Part shown: positions 1 through 11,193 of the stretch, piece after piece
Layout: each line of letters starts with the position of its first letter
How positions within the stretch are numbered: the first letter of the stretch is position 1
Source of the DNA: Antedon mediterranea
Taxonomy: Eukaryota > Animalia > Echinodermata
Length of the DNA stretch: 64,000 bases
Assembly (NCBI RefSeq): GCF_964355755.1
Contig: NC_092677.1
Location: 26,399,175-26,463,174, forward strand
Reading direction: 5' to 3'
Position numbers and translations under genes: made by a program
Notes under the pieces: model-generated
Seen by the model: the letters and a program-made list of their open reading frames with translations, nothing else
What the model was told of the DNA's origin: nothing
Database searches by the model: none

Positions 1-412
1 CTCCTAAAGAACGCTAGGTCATACAACGGAACACTTTTAGATAGTGATCACAGAATAGTAATCACAATATTCAACTTAAAATGGCATCGCGTCAACAAAC
101 AAAACACTAACAAAAACATTAACTTATTTGCATGTGAAAAGCTAGTGACAAGCGAAGAAACTAGGAATTTATACGTAGAAAAACTGAAAGAATGCATAGA
201 TGTTGTTGTGAAACCGGATCAGCCAGCCGTTACATGGCAGAAATTGAAAAGCGTCGTGAAGGCAGCTGCAAAACATACAATAGGACCAAAACAAAAGGTC
301 GGCTACAACAAAAGGACATACGACGACACTTGAACTCAACGCCTATCAACGCACCAAAAAGAACTTAGACAACAAAAAGCTAACTGCAAGTCGGAAATCG
401 AACGTACATCAT
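1..412 (+). mobile_element. Decayed non-LTR retrotransposon (RTE-like) ORF fragment, end of endonuclease domain plus linker
   Basis: Reads ..RSYNGTLLDSDHRIVIT.. (AP-endonuclease SDH motif), then a helical linker with a stop at 331-333. The reading resumes at 1365 after an insertion. Confidence 0.7.
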
Positions 413-1364
413 TAGTCTAGTGGGCTCCAGACGTTGTTTTTTCTTAATATTAGTAAAAATATAAATATTTTTGCACATATGGCGTTTCATACGTGTATTA
501 CTTGAGTTTGGATACTCCGCCTGGGGAAACACGCACAAGTCACGTGGTTTGACACCAAGAATTCGTGGTGCATACGATTATCCGGTTGACTAGTTTCAGC
601 TGCATGCGATTGGCTACTCACTCGTACACCGTTTTAATATTCATGTTTCAGAATTTCAAAGACTCAACAACTAAGAAGGTACGCATGCGCTATGTTACGT
701 TTAGAAAATGTGTACTTGGGAACATTAATGAAAGTTTCTGAAGGCTAGAAATGATTTTATATTACCGTATGCCTAGTAGTAGTCTGGTAAACATTTGATG
801 GGATTTTTCCCATGAAAACTCGTCTTGCTTCTCCGCAAATCAAACATTGAATGGATCATTTAATATTACGCGGAGATAATTTGATTTAATTCCCACCCAG
901 ACCCTGTCCTGTTCTGTGTAGTGGTGTAGCCCTGTCTGCCTGCCGGTGGTGGTATGTAGGCCTACCTTATTGGCGCGCGTTTTATTTGGCAGGTCATACG
1001 TGCGAATTGAGTAGGACCTACGAAGGAGGCCTAGGCTAAGGACTAAACAATTAATAAACAAAACAACTTGGCAACACGATTTCATATTTCAACAGTCTCG
1101 ATCGTACATTCAGCACTGTACGTACTCGATCTTTTTCATTTTGAAACAAAATGATTATTGGTTGATTCGAAATCCATATTTACATACCGTCCGCCCCATA
1201 TAGCCAAATACGGTATGATAACCTACGTCATTTATCGGATGTTTGCGGTCTGCAAATCGATTTCTATACGTGTTTCACAAGTCTGTATTTTCAGACAAAA
1301 ATCGCAGTCGAAATAAAAACAAATAAATAAAAATAAAAAACAATACAGACTTGGGGCAAGCTTA
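413..1364. mobile_element. Non-autonomous DNA transposon (AcademH-like) nested in the LINE
   Basis: Direct repeat GTACATCAT(TA) at 404-414 and 1365-1375. Termini are TAGTCTAG..CCAGAC and CAGACTTGGGGCAAGCTTA. Removing the element rejoins the LINE reading (..EIERTSLKQKRNK..). Family assignment is inference. Confidence 0.65.
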
Positions 1365-1713
1365 GTACATCATTAAAGCAAAAAAGAAACAAAATCATGC
1401 ATGATATTAAAAAAAAAAGTAATTGAAACACGCAACAACAAAGAACTTGATCAGAAAAGTTTGGATATCGACAAAGCGATAAGGGGCGCCCAAATGTTTA
1501 AAGCAGTGAAAGATCTTAATAGAAAACCATTCGAAAATCCAAAAGTGTTTGATGCTAACAAAAAGTTTATTGCCTCACCAAATGGAATAGCGAAAGTAAT
1601 TGGCAATCACTTCGAAAACAAATTTTACGACGGAAGCAAACGAAATATAGATTCATTTTAGGGAAATCCTAGGCCATTAAATAAAGAAATCAGTGAAGAG
1701 GAAGTAACCAAGT
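1365..1713 (+). mobile_element. Continuation of the RTE-like LINE fragment (pre-RT region), truncated
   Basis: ..AQMFKAVKDLNRKPFENP...GNHFENKF..GNPRPLNKEISEEEVTK, with a frameshift and a stop. It ends where homology to the X-array intron (cf. 18435, 28763) resumes. Confidence 0.65.
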
Positions 1714-1758
1714 GTCTTTTGCTATATTTGACTTTAAAGTATTGGAATTTATAACATA

Positions 1759-1876
1759 GATTTAAATTTGTATCCGTGTTTGTCGACAGGACCACAATGT
1801 AAAACAGGTATATTTCTACTTGATTGTGTATAATCCTGTATAAATATGTTGTTAAATAAAAAATAAATAAATAAAA
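1759..1876 (+). mobile_element. 5'-truncated LINE/SINE 3' end with (AAAT)n tail
   Basis: Near-identical to 62380-62503. AATAAA-rich tail flanked by AACATA repeats; absent from the paralogous introns at 18470 and 28800. Confidence 0.55.
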
Positions 1877-1941
1877 AACATAAAACACACATTATTTGTA
1901 TATACTATACTAACATAATGACGCAAATTGTTTTAATTCAG

Positions 1942-2202
1942 AAAGTTAATTGTGGAAGTGAGATTACACTTAAAGATGTTCAAGATTTACAATTTGAAAC
2001 AAATGACGATGATAAAGATTTCTTAGATGCTGCTAAAAGACTGGTCTGCGAGACACCAGCGGGGGTTCTTAAAGATGCAGAAATTGAAATACCGACTTAT
2101 TATTCAACATACTCCCTGTATGCAGGAAACAAGACTAATAAATTTGTAGTGTTTAGAGAAGAAGATGGGTCAATTAAGATTAACAAGAGAACAGGAAAAA
2201 AG
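1942..2202 (+). CDS. Paralog A, penultimate exon: one X-domain repeat (87 aa)
   Basis: ttttaattcAG|AAAGTT acceptor and AAG|GTAATC donor, phase 0/0. KVNCGSEITLKDVQDL...GSIKINKRTGKK aligns to the other X exons. Confidence 0.8.
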
Positions 2203-2444
2203 GTAATCAGGTATTTTGTTTTATAGCATGGCAGAATGTTAACTAAAATGTCCATCGTCATCAACTGTGAATGAATTATGGTTTAATAATACATTGTTTG
2301 TTTTAATCAATTAAATTAAATGAATTGATATTGTTGTTTCACCATCCTATCGATAAAATATAAAAATATGAAGTATATATAATATCACAACTTGTATACT
2401 ACCATAATCGTTGTACATAAACAATAATTATGGTTTTAAAACAG

Positions 2445-2825
2445 GAGCCGGTCAAGATTGATTGTGGAAGTGTGATTACACTTAAGGATGTTCAACAATT
2501 AAACGCTAAAATAAATGACGATGAGAAAGATTTCGTTGATGCTACAAAAAGACTGATTTGCGAGACAGAAAATTGGGTTCTGAGAGATGCGGAAATTGAA
2601 ATAACGACTAAGGATCATAGTATATACAAATTGTACGCAGGGAACAAGACTAATAGGTTTGCAGTGTTTAGAGACGAAAATGGGTCAATTAAGACCTCAC
2701 AAAAGGAACGGAGTTGGTGGAAGTTGATTTATGACGGGGGTCGTTGGGTTAGAGATAAGATCACCCCGCTTGCACAGCTGCTTAGTGATACTACTAGATT
2801 AGCTATCCAGTGGATAAGTATTTGA
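2445..2825 (+). CDS. Paralog A, terminal exon: X domain plus Trp-rich amphipathic tail
   Basis: ttttaaaacAG|GAGCCG acceptor, phase 0, open to TGA at 2825. Close paralog of 19303-19680. The 5' part of the gene lies upstream of the window. Confidence 0.8.
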   Translation, partial: EPVKIDCGSVITLKDVQQLNAKINDDEKDFVDATKRLICETENWVLRDAEIEITTKDHSIYKLYAGNKTNRFAVFRDENGSIKTSQKERSWWKLIYDGGRWVRDKITPLAQLLSDTTRLAIQWISI

Positions 2826-3112
2826 GCCACATATTTAAATCCGCGCCTGGCTACGAAAGCGGTTTTGTGGTTTTAAGAAGTAATTCCCAGTGGTTTTCCT
2901 TGTCTTTGCGAGTTTTGTCGCTTACATATTCTTTTTTTAGTTTTTAAATCGCCCATGATAATAATGACCTCTTTTTCTTTTTTTTTAAATTAATGAGTTT
3001 TATTTTTATTATAATCTAAAATGTTTATGGAATTGAAAAAAATAACCACCATTCTAAACCCCCATTGACGAATTCTATAGTCATTAGAATAACATGAGCT
3101 GTACAGTTGAAA

Positions 3113-4396
3113 ATATATAAATTTACGTAAGGACAAAATTCGGTAAATCGCGCCTTACTTCTAGAATTTTTACTCGATGGTATATAAAGTTGGTTCGTAC
3201 TTTCGGTACTGATTTTAACCACCTGATGTAACCCTGTTTACTAATTAAATTAAGTTAGATAATTAGTTATTGACGATTAAAACGAATTTAGGTTCAACGA
3301 TTTGCCCCAAATAGGGTGTTTTCCGATCGTGGTATACACTGTCTAATGGATGTCCATCTTGAAAAATACCCGCCACAAAAATGCGAGGAGGCTTCGCATT
3401 TTCCTATCTCCTCCTACGATAATTGTTTTTAATAGCTGAAAACCGGTTGAACAGTTCGAGTACAGCATCATAATGTTGAAGACAGGCCGATTTTCTTTAA
3501 AAAATACTATTTTGATACATTTAATATACGTTTTTACAAATGTATTGATTTGTGATGAATGGAACATTCCAAATTATTTGGTTTAACCATACAGGTATAG
3601 ATTTAGATTTATGGGCCCCCTTGGAGAATAAACATAAATAGTATTGCAATGCTGTACAATACTGTTAAGGTATTACCACTTTTGATCGCAATTTGAATCG
3701 CAAATTTCTTACTGTGAGTGTTGGTACTGTTAGATGTAATATAAAAATATATACAAATAAACTTTATTACTGTGAGTGTGGGTAGGCCCTACTGTTAGAT
3801 TATAAACATATAATATACAAATAAATAAACGTTATTACTGACAGTTGCTTCTCAACGTTTGTATTAATTAATAATTTAAAAATATATAAACGTCGTAGTG
3901 GTGTACTTTACTATTTCAATCGACTATGACAGTGAGAGTTTTAACAAAGTACCGTATTAAATCGTAAATGTTTTACTGTATTTAGTGGTATATTATTTAT
4001 AGGCCTATAAAACATTAAAAACAATATTTCGTTACTGAGTGGATAAGAATATATTTTAAAATGTTTCCTCTTTGTACCTATCTTCTTCCCCCATCCCTCA
4101 ACCCTTAATGTTACATACAAAACACAAATTGGGTTTGTTTAAATGAGTCCAAATAAAAAAATTTGACTCATTTTGTTTTTCTCTCGGAAGTAATTCCCAG
4201 GGTGCTAATTTTGGTTGACTACATAAATCATTGTGTATATTTATTTGTTTCTGTAAACGACAATATGTATTATAGTCCTGCGGTACGTACACTGTTTGAA
4301 ATCTCCATTTTTTCCTCGCTGGAAATACTGTTTATTCGAGAACCATCTGTGGGCACGACCTAGATGGTACGCGAGCGAAGCGAGCGTGCCATCTAG
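3113..4396 (+). mobile_element. Non-autonomous Helitron-like element, copy 1
   Basis: Ends in a GC-rich hairpin plus CTAG. No TSD. The empty site GTTGAAA|TACACTATAAT is visible in the duplicate at ~21820-21838. Homologous to 5386-6735. Confidence 0.75.
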
Positions 4397-5385
4397 TACA
4401 CTATAATTTATCTATGGCATGTTATATTTCATTAGAATGGAAAGTAGAGATATACTGTATATATACGCAAAATATGTAAATTGTGATGTATTTGTAATTA
4501 TAATGTGTATTCAATACCGTACATTGTCAGTGATTTAATAATTATATGTTAGGTCGTTCATAACATTGTTAAATTATATAGTCACCATTCACAAGTAAAA
4601 ATTGTTATAAATTCCATGTAATTATGTAGTCAGTATTACGGTGTTTAATAACTTTACGTTCAATCGATAGTTTTCGTAAACCTACATAAATTTGTTCTTT
4701 TTATGGTATAATATTGTTTATTCTATAGGCCCTAAGTTTATTCTTCTTGGACACGTGACACAACACGTTACGTGACACGAGTATTGTAAGTCTTATTAGT
4801 ATGTTGCTGTTTGTTACATATTTAGAAATTAGCCCTGCAATAAGCTTAATGTGGTTGAATAAATTGTTGCAAAAAACATAGCCTATTACTTCTACTAAAT
4901 TAATTGTGTATACACTGAGTTCCATACGCTATAGCACATAGGAAAAACAGGCCATAGAAGGGATGAAAAGCGAGACAGTTGGAATCTATGCAATAGCATC
5001 AGCTTTTTTGTTATCCACTTTGAAGAAGCCTATTCATTTGTTGTTTATATTTGATTTCTCATCATTCAGTTAATAATTGTATTACTGCGTTGAGTCTGTG
5101 CAGCAGACATTCCAAAATAAATTGGGGAGGGGAACAATAACTCTAAAGTCCACCACTTAGAATGGTTAGACACAACAAACCCTATTGCCTCCTATATAAT
5201 AATACAAGGCCTCGTCAAGGGTTCAGGAGTTGGAGCTAGGGGTAGAAAGATTCACTGATGTACGTGAACTAATGATCTGATGGATATTTGTACGAATTCA
5301 ATCGCTTTTATTGAGACTAATTCGCGTAAAAAACAACAACAAATAAAAACAAACAAAATAGGAAGATTTAGGAATGATACGATCT

Positions 5386-6735
5386 TCTATATATAAATTT
5401 ACGTAAGGGCAAAATTCGGTAAATCGCGCGTTATTTCTAGAATGTTTACTCGATGGTATATAAAGTTGGTTAGAATCTCAGTAATGATTTTAAGCGCCTG
5501 ATGTAACCCTGTTTACTAATTAAATTTAGTTAGATAATTAGTTATTGACGATTAAAACGAATTTAGGTTCAACGATTTGCCCCAAATAGGGGTGTTTTCC
5601 GATCTTGGTATACACTGTCTAATGGATGTTCTCATGAAAAAATACCTGCACACAATAAACGAGGATACTTCGCATTTTCCTATCTCCTCCTACGATAATT
5701 GTTTTTAATAGCTGAAAACCGGTTGAACAGCTCGAGTACAGCATAATGTTGAAGACAGGCCGATTTTCTTTAAAAAAATACTATTTTGATAGATTTAATA
5801 TACGTTTATACAAAATAATGTATTGATTTGCGATGAATGGAACATTCCAATCTATCAGACTCCCAGTTTGTAGATAAATTTATAAGCCCATGGTTTAACA
5901 CAAATAGGTAAATGTATGGGCCCTTGGAGAATAAAACTTACATATAATATTGCAATACTTTGACAATATTGTAAATACTGTACATATTAACCATTTTGCT
6001 TGCCATTTGAATCAAAATTGTCTTACTGTGAATGTGGTTACTGTTAGATATATAAACAAAATATACAAAGAACATTTATTACTGTGACTGTTACTGACAG
6101 TTGCTTCTCAGCGTTTGTATTAATTAATAATTTAAAAAAAATATAAACGTCGCAGTAGTGTATCGTTTAGGCCTATATGTACTTTACTATTTCAATCGAC
6201 TATAACAGGGACAGTTTTAAAAAGGGATTATAAATCGTACTTCTTTACTGTGTTTAGTGGTATATTATTGATAGGCCTATGAAACATTTAATATTAAAAC
6301 AATATTTCGTTACTAAGTGGATAGAGAATATATTTAAAAATTGTTCTTCCCATCCTCTTCCCAATCCCTCAACTCTAATGTTATATACAAAATACAAATT
6401 AGGTTTGTTCAGATAAAACAAGGCCAACAGCCATAAGTCGCGTGCTAAAACGCATAGTGATACCGGACCGACAGACAGACCGACAGACCGGCCGACCGAC
6501 ATAGTGAACTATAGAGTCGCGTCCACGCCACTAAAAATTGGACTCATTTTAAAGACAAGGCCTAATTCCCAGGGTGCTAATTTTACATAAATCATCGTGT
6601 CTATTTATTTGTAAACGGCAATGTACTATTAGTCCTGCGGTACGTACATTTTTTACGCTGAAATTACTGTGTATTAGAGAACCATCTGTGGACACGACCT
6701 AGATGGTACGCTCGCTTCGCTCGCGTACCATCTAG
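5386..6735 (+). mobile_element. Non-autonomous Helitron-like element, copy 2
   Basis: Starts TCTATATATAAA and ends hairpin+CTAG. Empty site GATCT|TTATG at ~22840-22849. Carries a nested microsatellite element at 6417-6537. Confidence 0.75.
6417..6537 (+). repeat. Short interspersed element with (GACA/GACC)n core (Helentron/HINE-like)
   Basis: AACAAGGCC..AGTCGCGTG..(CCGA/CAGA)n..AGAGTCGCGTCCACGC.ACTAAAA. Other copies at ~9495-9580, 14665-14827, 16230-16943(-), 20586-21321, 23913-23995, 44187-44287(-), 60535-60641(-). Confidence 0.7.
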
Positions 6736-6948
6736 TTATGATAATTAATTCAGTCTTGTGAATTATTGCGACAACCAACTTCGGCTAAAATTTTGCGTTG
6801 AGTCGATACCGGTATAATTAACATAATAACATAGTGTGCAACCTTTTTCGTTAATTTGTACAAGGGTCCGGTCGTGGAGCAAAAGTAATAGGGACTTTAC
6901 AAAACTGCTATAATATACAAATAATAATGAATGTTTATGAGTGTAGCC

Positions 6949-7065
6949 TAATGGTACAAAATAAAGGCATGAGATGAATGGTGAAAGGTTATATATCAAC
7001 GAGGCGACAGCCGAGTTGATATTTAATTTTTCATCATTCACCAAATGCCATTATTTGTACCATTA
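6949..7065. repeat. ~115-bp imperfect palindromic element
   Basis: Arms TAATGGTACAAA..TTTGTACCATTA around the central CGAGGCGACAGCCGAG; similar centre to 32876-33017. Confidence 0.55.
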
Positions 7066-9934
7066 CACGAATATACAACATTCATTATATATAACATCTA
7101 AATAGATTCCTGTCATTTGCATAAAATAAAAGGTAGGCTAGCCAATGCCTACATTGATTAAAAAAGTAACATTTGGTTAATTAACAGGACCCCGTGACAC
7201 AACCGTAGGATTAACGAGAGGGGGTTTCCACGAAACACTGAGAATTTGAGCCACAGCCAAAACATTCACACCTCCCACTATAATCTAGTTGTCCCCGGAA
7301 ATGACACTCGTCATGTATAGCAGCAATCAGCAAAACGATTGTACCTTTTCTGCTGACATTGTTTTGTTTTGATTTGCGTTCAATGCGTAGTCAGTACTGT
7401 TATATATTGTTTTAAAAAGAGGTTTAAAAAAGACGCTAAAGCCTTATTAGCACACGCCTAAACCCGCGCCTCCTGACGCCACGAAAGTGGCAATCGAGTT
7501 GCGTAGCACCGACGACAGCGTTGAGTTTGAAGAGGGTTTAGAAAGGGTTTCTCCATCCCGAACGTAAGACAATATTGAAAAAAAAACCACGAAGTGCTTA
7601 CAAACTGTTATAGTGCAATCTTAATTGCAAGATATTGTTTTCATTACAAATGTTACACAATGTAGTGTGTTTATTGTTTTATGTTTTATGTGTAAAAGGG
7701 TCCTGCGAAAACAGAAGTGTAAACTTCTCTATGCAGGATCCTTGCCATCATTTATGCTATGAAACTGTATTTATAAACGATGAGTAAATAAATGTGAATT
7801 GAATTGAATTGAATTGAATGTATATTTAGAAAACTCCTCCTTACGGATCTTTTTCGACGAACTTTGATCAGAACGCTCGAAATGAACATCTGACCCCGCA
7901 GTAGATGCACGTGCGGAAAACGTACGTGGTACTATGTTGTATCAACCTGAGATATACACTCTACAGCCGGGTGAATACCTCAATGTAAACAGTGGTTGCA
8001 GTGATCGCCGTGTCTATAACACATTTCACAATGGCCGCCATTATGGACAATTTTCTTTTATGTTTATGGCATTAAAAGATGTTATCGAGATAGAAATTCA
8101 ATCATAAGTAACAATAAATGTTCAACTAATATTTCACATCATTTGTGTAACAGAACAAGTTTAACGTTAGAAAATGTCGACCCAATATAGTCATTTGTCT
8201 CAGGTTGCACCAACAAATGCTAAACCCAATGATCCGGTAATTTCTATTGTCATATTGGAATAACATGAGTTGAAATAAACATAATATCTAGAAGACTTGC
8301 ATTGTAAATGTTATGCTTCATTTAGAATAGAAAGTACACACACACAATACGTGCGATGGTTGATTTCTTTATAATGTGTATATCGGACATTGTTAATAAT
8401 ACAGACAGATATTTGTAAAGAATCGCTCACAACCTAGTAACGGTTCATTACTATTATTATTTCAATATAGACACATAACTACACGATTTAGGAATGATAC
8501 GTAATTTATAGTAATTATTTAATTTGATCATGTTATAAAACCGACTTCGGCTAAAATCTTGCGGTGGAGCTAATACCGATATGAACAAAAAAATAAATAA
8601 ATAAAATGGTACCTACTTGTTTATTAATTCTATAACTGGGTCGTGGAGCAAAAGTACTGATGATTTTCTAAGCAATTTTTTATTCTAGGGCACCGGAGGT
8701 ATAGTAGAGCGATTGATTACAGTTTTGTTAATAACAAATAAGTTTGATTTTGATGATGATATGATGGTAACAGGTAAGTTTACAGATACGTTGATATAAC
8801 GTTTGTTGTACAGCACGACGTTTCTTTTTAGAACTATATATACGTGTTGTGCCGCAAACTTTATATCAACATATTGATTTCAAAGTGTCAATTCAAACAA
8901 TATGTAGATACGGTAACAATCTATAGAAAAACTAAAATGTTGTTTTTTTGTCCTATCTATTTTATTTGTCCATTTTTCATTAAATTCAAAACTAATAAAT
9001 CACTAAAAAAAAATATTCAACTATTGTTGTAAAGTTCGATTTCCTGAGAGAATTGAAAATAAATAAGATACATGCTGTTTGATGACGCTTTCGGGCCTTT
9101 TGTAGCGTGCCGCTTGAATTTAAAAGACAACAGTTATATTGTGAAACCTTTAAAATCGACAACAACAAAACATACATAATTCCAATAATAAAAGGAATGT
9201 TTGCAGAAAGCATACTTAATTGACTACAACGTTTCACGATCCGTAACTAAAGTGATATACCTATTTTATCACTGTTATTCACAACTTCTTTTTTTGAAAT
9301 TCTAACAATTATACATTCTTTAAACCCATAAAAGTACCGTAGTTACCAAACACTAATTGCCAACAGCAAATTTCAGTTTTAGAAATATTTCCTGAAAGTC
9401 TTTATTCACAATACTAAAATACAACGTTGCAACATCTATTATAATGATTTCTGAATAGATTATTCAGAAAGGTGAGTAATATGAAAATTATTTAACAAGG
9501 CCATATATAACAAGTCGCGTGCTCAAGTTTTTACCGACCAACCGACCAACCGACTGACCGACCGACATAGTAAGCTGCAGAGTTAACTTGTTTTACTAAA
9601 GCGTTATCAATATGGAGCAATGAACAAAATGACACACTGACTAGCTGTATATCTTTCATTTTATATGTATATTCTCGATAACCACTACCACCTTAGTAAT
9701 GTCTTCTGCCTATATCGCCCCGCAAATACTCACAGAAGAAGCACATGCGAAATGCAAATCGCACTTACCGAACCGTGCGCCGCCAACGAGGAGAGAAATA
9801 TTACAAACAAACGAATAGATAAACGAGAAGAGAAATAATAGTAATACAAACCAACAAACAAACTAACGCACTGGGCCATGACAATAAAATATATAGCATT
9901 ATTTATATAATAGAAATATTGATTTCCATTGGCG

Positions 9935-10083
9935 TGCGTCACTTCCTTTGCAATTTGTATTGATTATTGAAGAGCGTATATGCAAGAGAAATATGAAATG
10001 GAAATTCCAACTGTCTAATCTTACAACAAACCTATTATTTAAGTGAAACGCAAACATGGGCTTCAAGCTTCTGGTGGGTAAGT
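9935..10083 (+). promoter_or_regulatory. Putative promoter and non-coding first exon of gene B
   Basis: TGCGTCACTTCC (CRE/ETS-like) 9935-9946; TGGAAATTCCA (kB-like) 9999-10009; GAAACGCAAAC..TCAAGC..TGG|GTAAGT donor at 10077/10078. The same layout recurs before genes E and F. Confidence 0.6.
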
Positions 10084-10661
10084 ATTTATTCTCAGTTAAA
10101 TCCAATTCATTTATTTCCTAAATAAAGTTCTCACCAACATACTATTGCGAATTTTGCCGAAAACAATAAATCTTAGGTGGTTTGATGCAGTAGTAAAAAA
10201 TGGCTAAAAAGTGACACACGATCATCAATACATGCGTAGAAATTTGGGTGGTGGCTGGTCCTAGTTTTACATGCATTTCAAGGCTATACTTGGTTGAAAA
10301 AGAGAATAGTAAAACTTAAGTTTTTACAACTGTAAGTTTGAAAATTGACATGTACGATTTTATACATTCTTTAGACAAAAACAAGTCAACATACCAAGTA
10401 AACATATACCACAGACAAATTTTCCGAGGTGGGTAAATTTTGTTTGGTGATCATTTAATCTATTTCAAGATTTGTAGAATATGCAATGTAAAATCTGCAA
10501 TATTTATTATTAACGTGTTCAGTGTAACAATGGTCTACATTAAAAACACGGTTTTAAATAATGTGGGTGTTGAAAGTGATGAGAGTTAGGGTTGTTTTAT
10601 ATTAGATGTATTTTCCCGCTTTTTAAATTTATTTATTATTTATTTTTGTAGAAAATGTCAA

Positions 10662-11193
10662 ATGGCATCCTTTGAAACAAACACACAATTACGCGACCTT
10701 AAATTTAGGCTCGGTGAATTTTATAAAGGTGAAAGATATGATTGGTTGAAATTGTGCCTCTTCTATTGTAGGGATATACCTATGGGGTCATTTCATCCAA
10801 ATTATATAGCAAATGATTTATTTAATTTGCTCCAAGAAAGAGGCTTTATCTCTGCTGATGATGTTTCGCTTCTGTTGGAAGTAGCCGAGCTGTCTGGAAA
10901 TGAAAAGGCGAAAGATCTTGTAAATCAGTACATCAAAGATAACAATCTTGCTACTGAAACACAACCATTGTCACCAGAACGAAAACGATTGTTAAAGGCC
11001 TTAGAGGAAGTTGGAAAAAGTACGTTAGAAAAGATAATTGCTTACTATGAGCTGAGAAACCATAGGCCTACGTTTCAAAATATTTGGGATATTGTTTTTT
11101 ATCTGGAAAGCGAATCACATTTACAAGAAGACAAAATAAAATCGTTTGCAAATCTTCTTCCGGAGCGTGCAAGTAATACATTACTTGATAATG
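10662..11193 (+). CDS. Gene B coding exon 1: tandem death effector domains
   Basis: Acceptor tttttgtAG at 10651, ATG 10662, donor G|GTAATT. DED-like motifs ..DLFNLLQERGFISADDVSLLLEV.. and ..RKRLLKALEEV..NIWDIVFYLES.. Confidence 0.75.

Noticed and set aside
7966-8190. Cys-containing exon remnant (lectin-like)
   Set aside because: The frame is not conserved with the duplicate at ~30260-30490 and the motif match is too weak.
8689-9471. Extra upstream exons of gene B (8689-8773 and one ending at 9471, both with strong donors)
   Set aside because: They lie upstream of the conserved promoter, give no consistent ORF and show indels in the duplicates; they cannot be assigned without transcripts.
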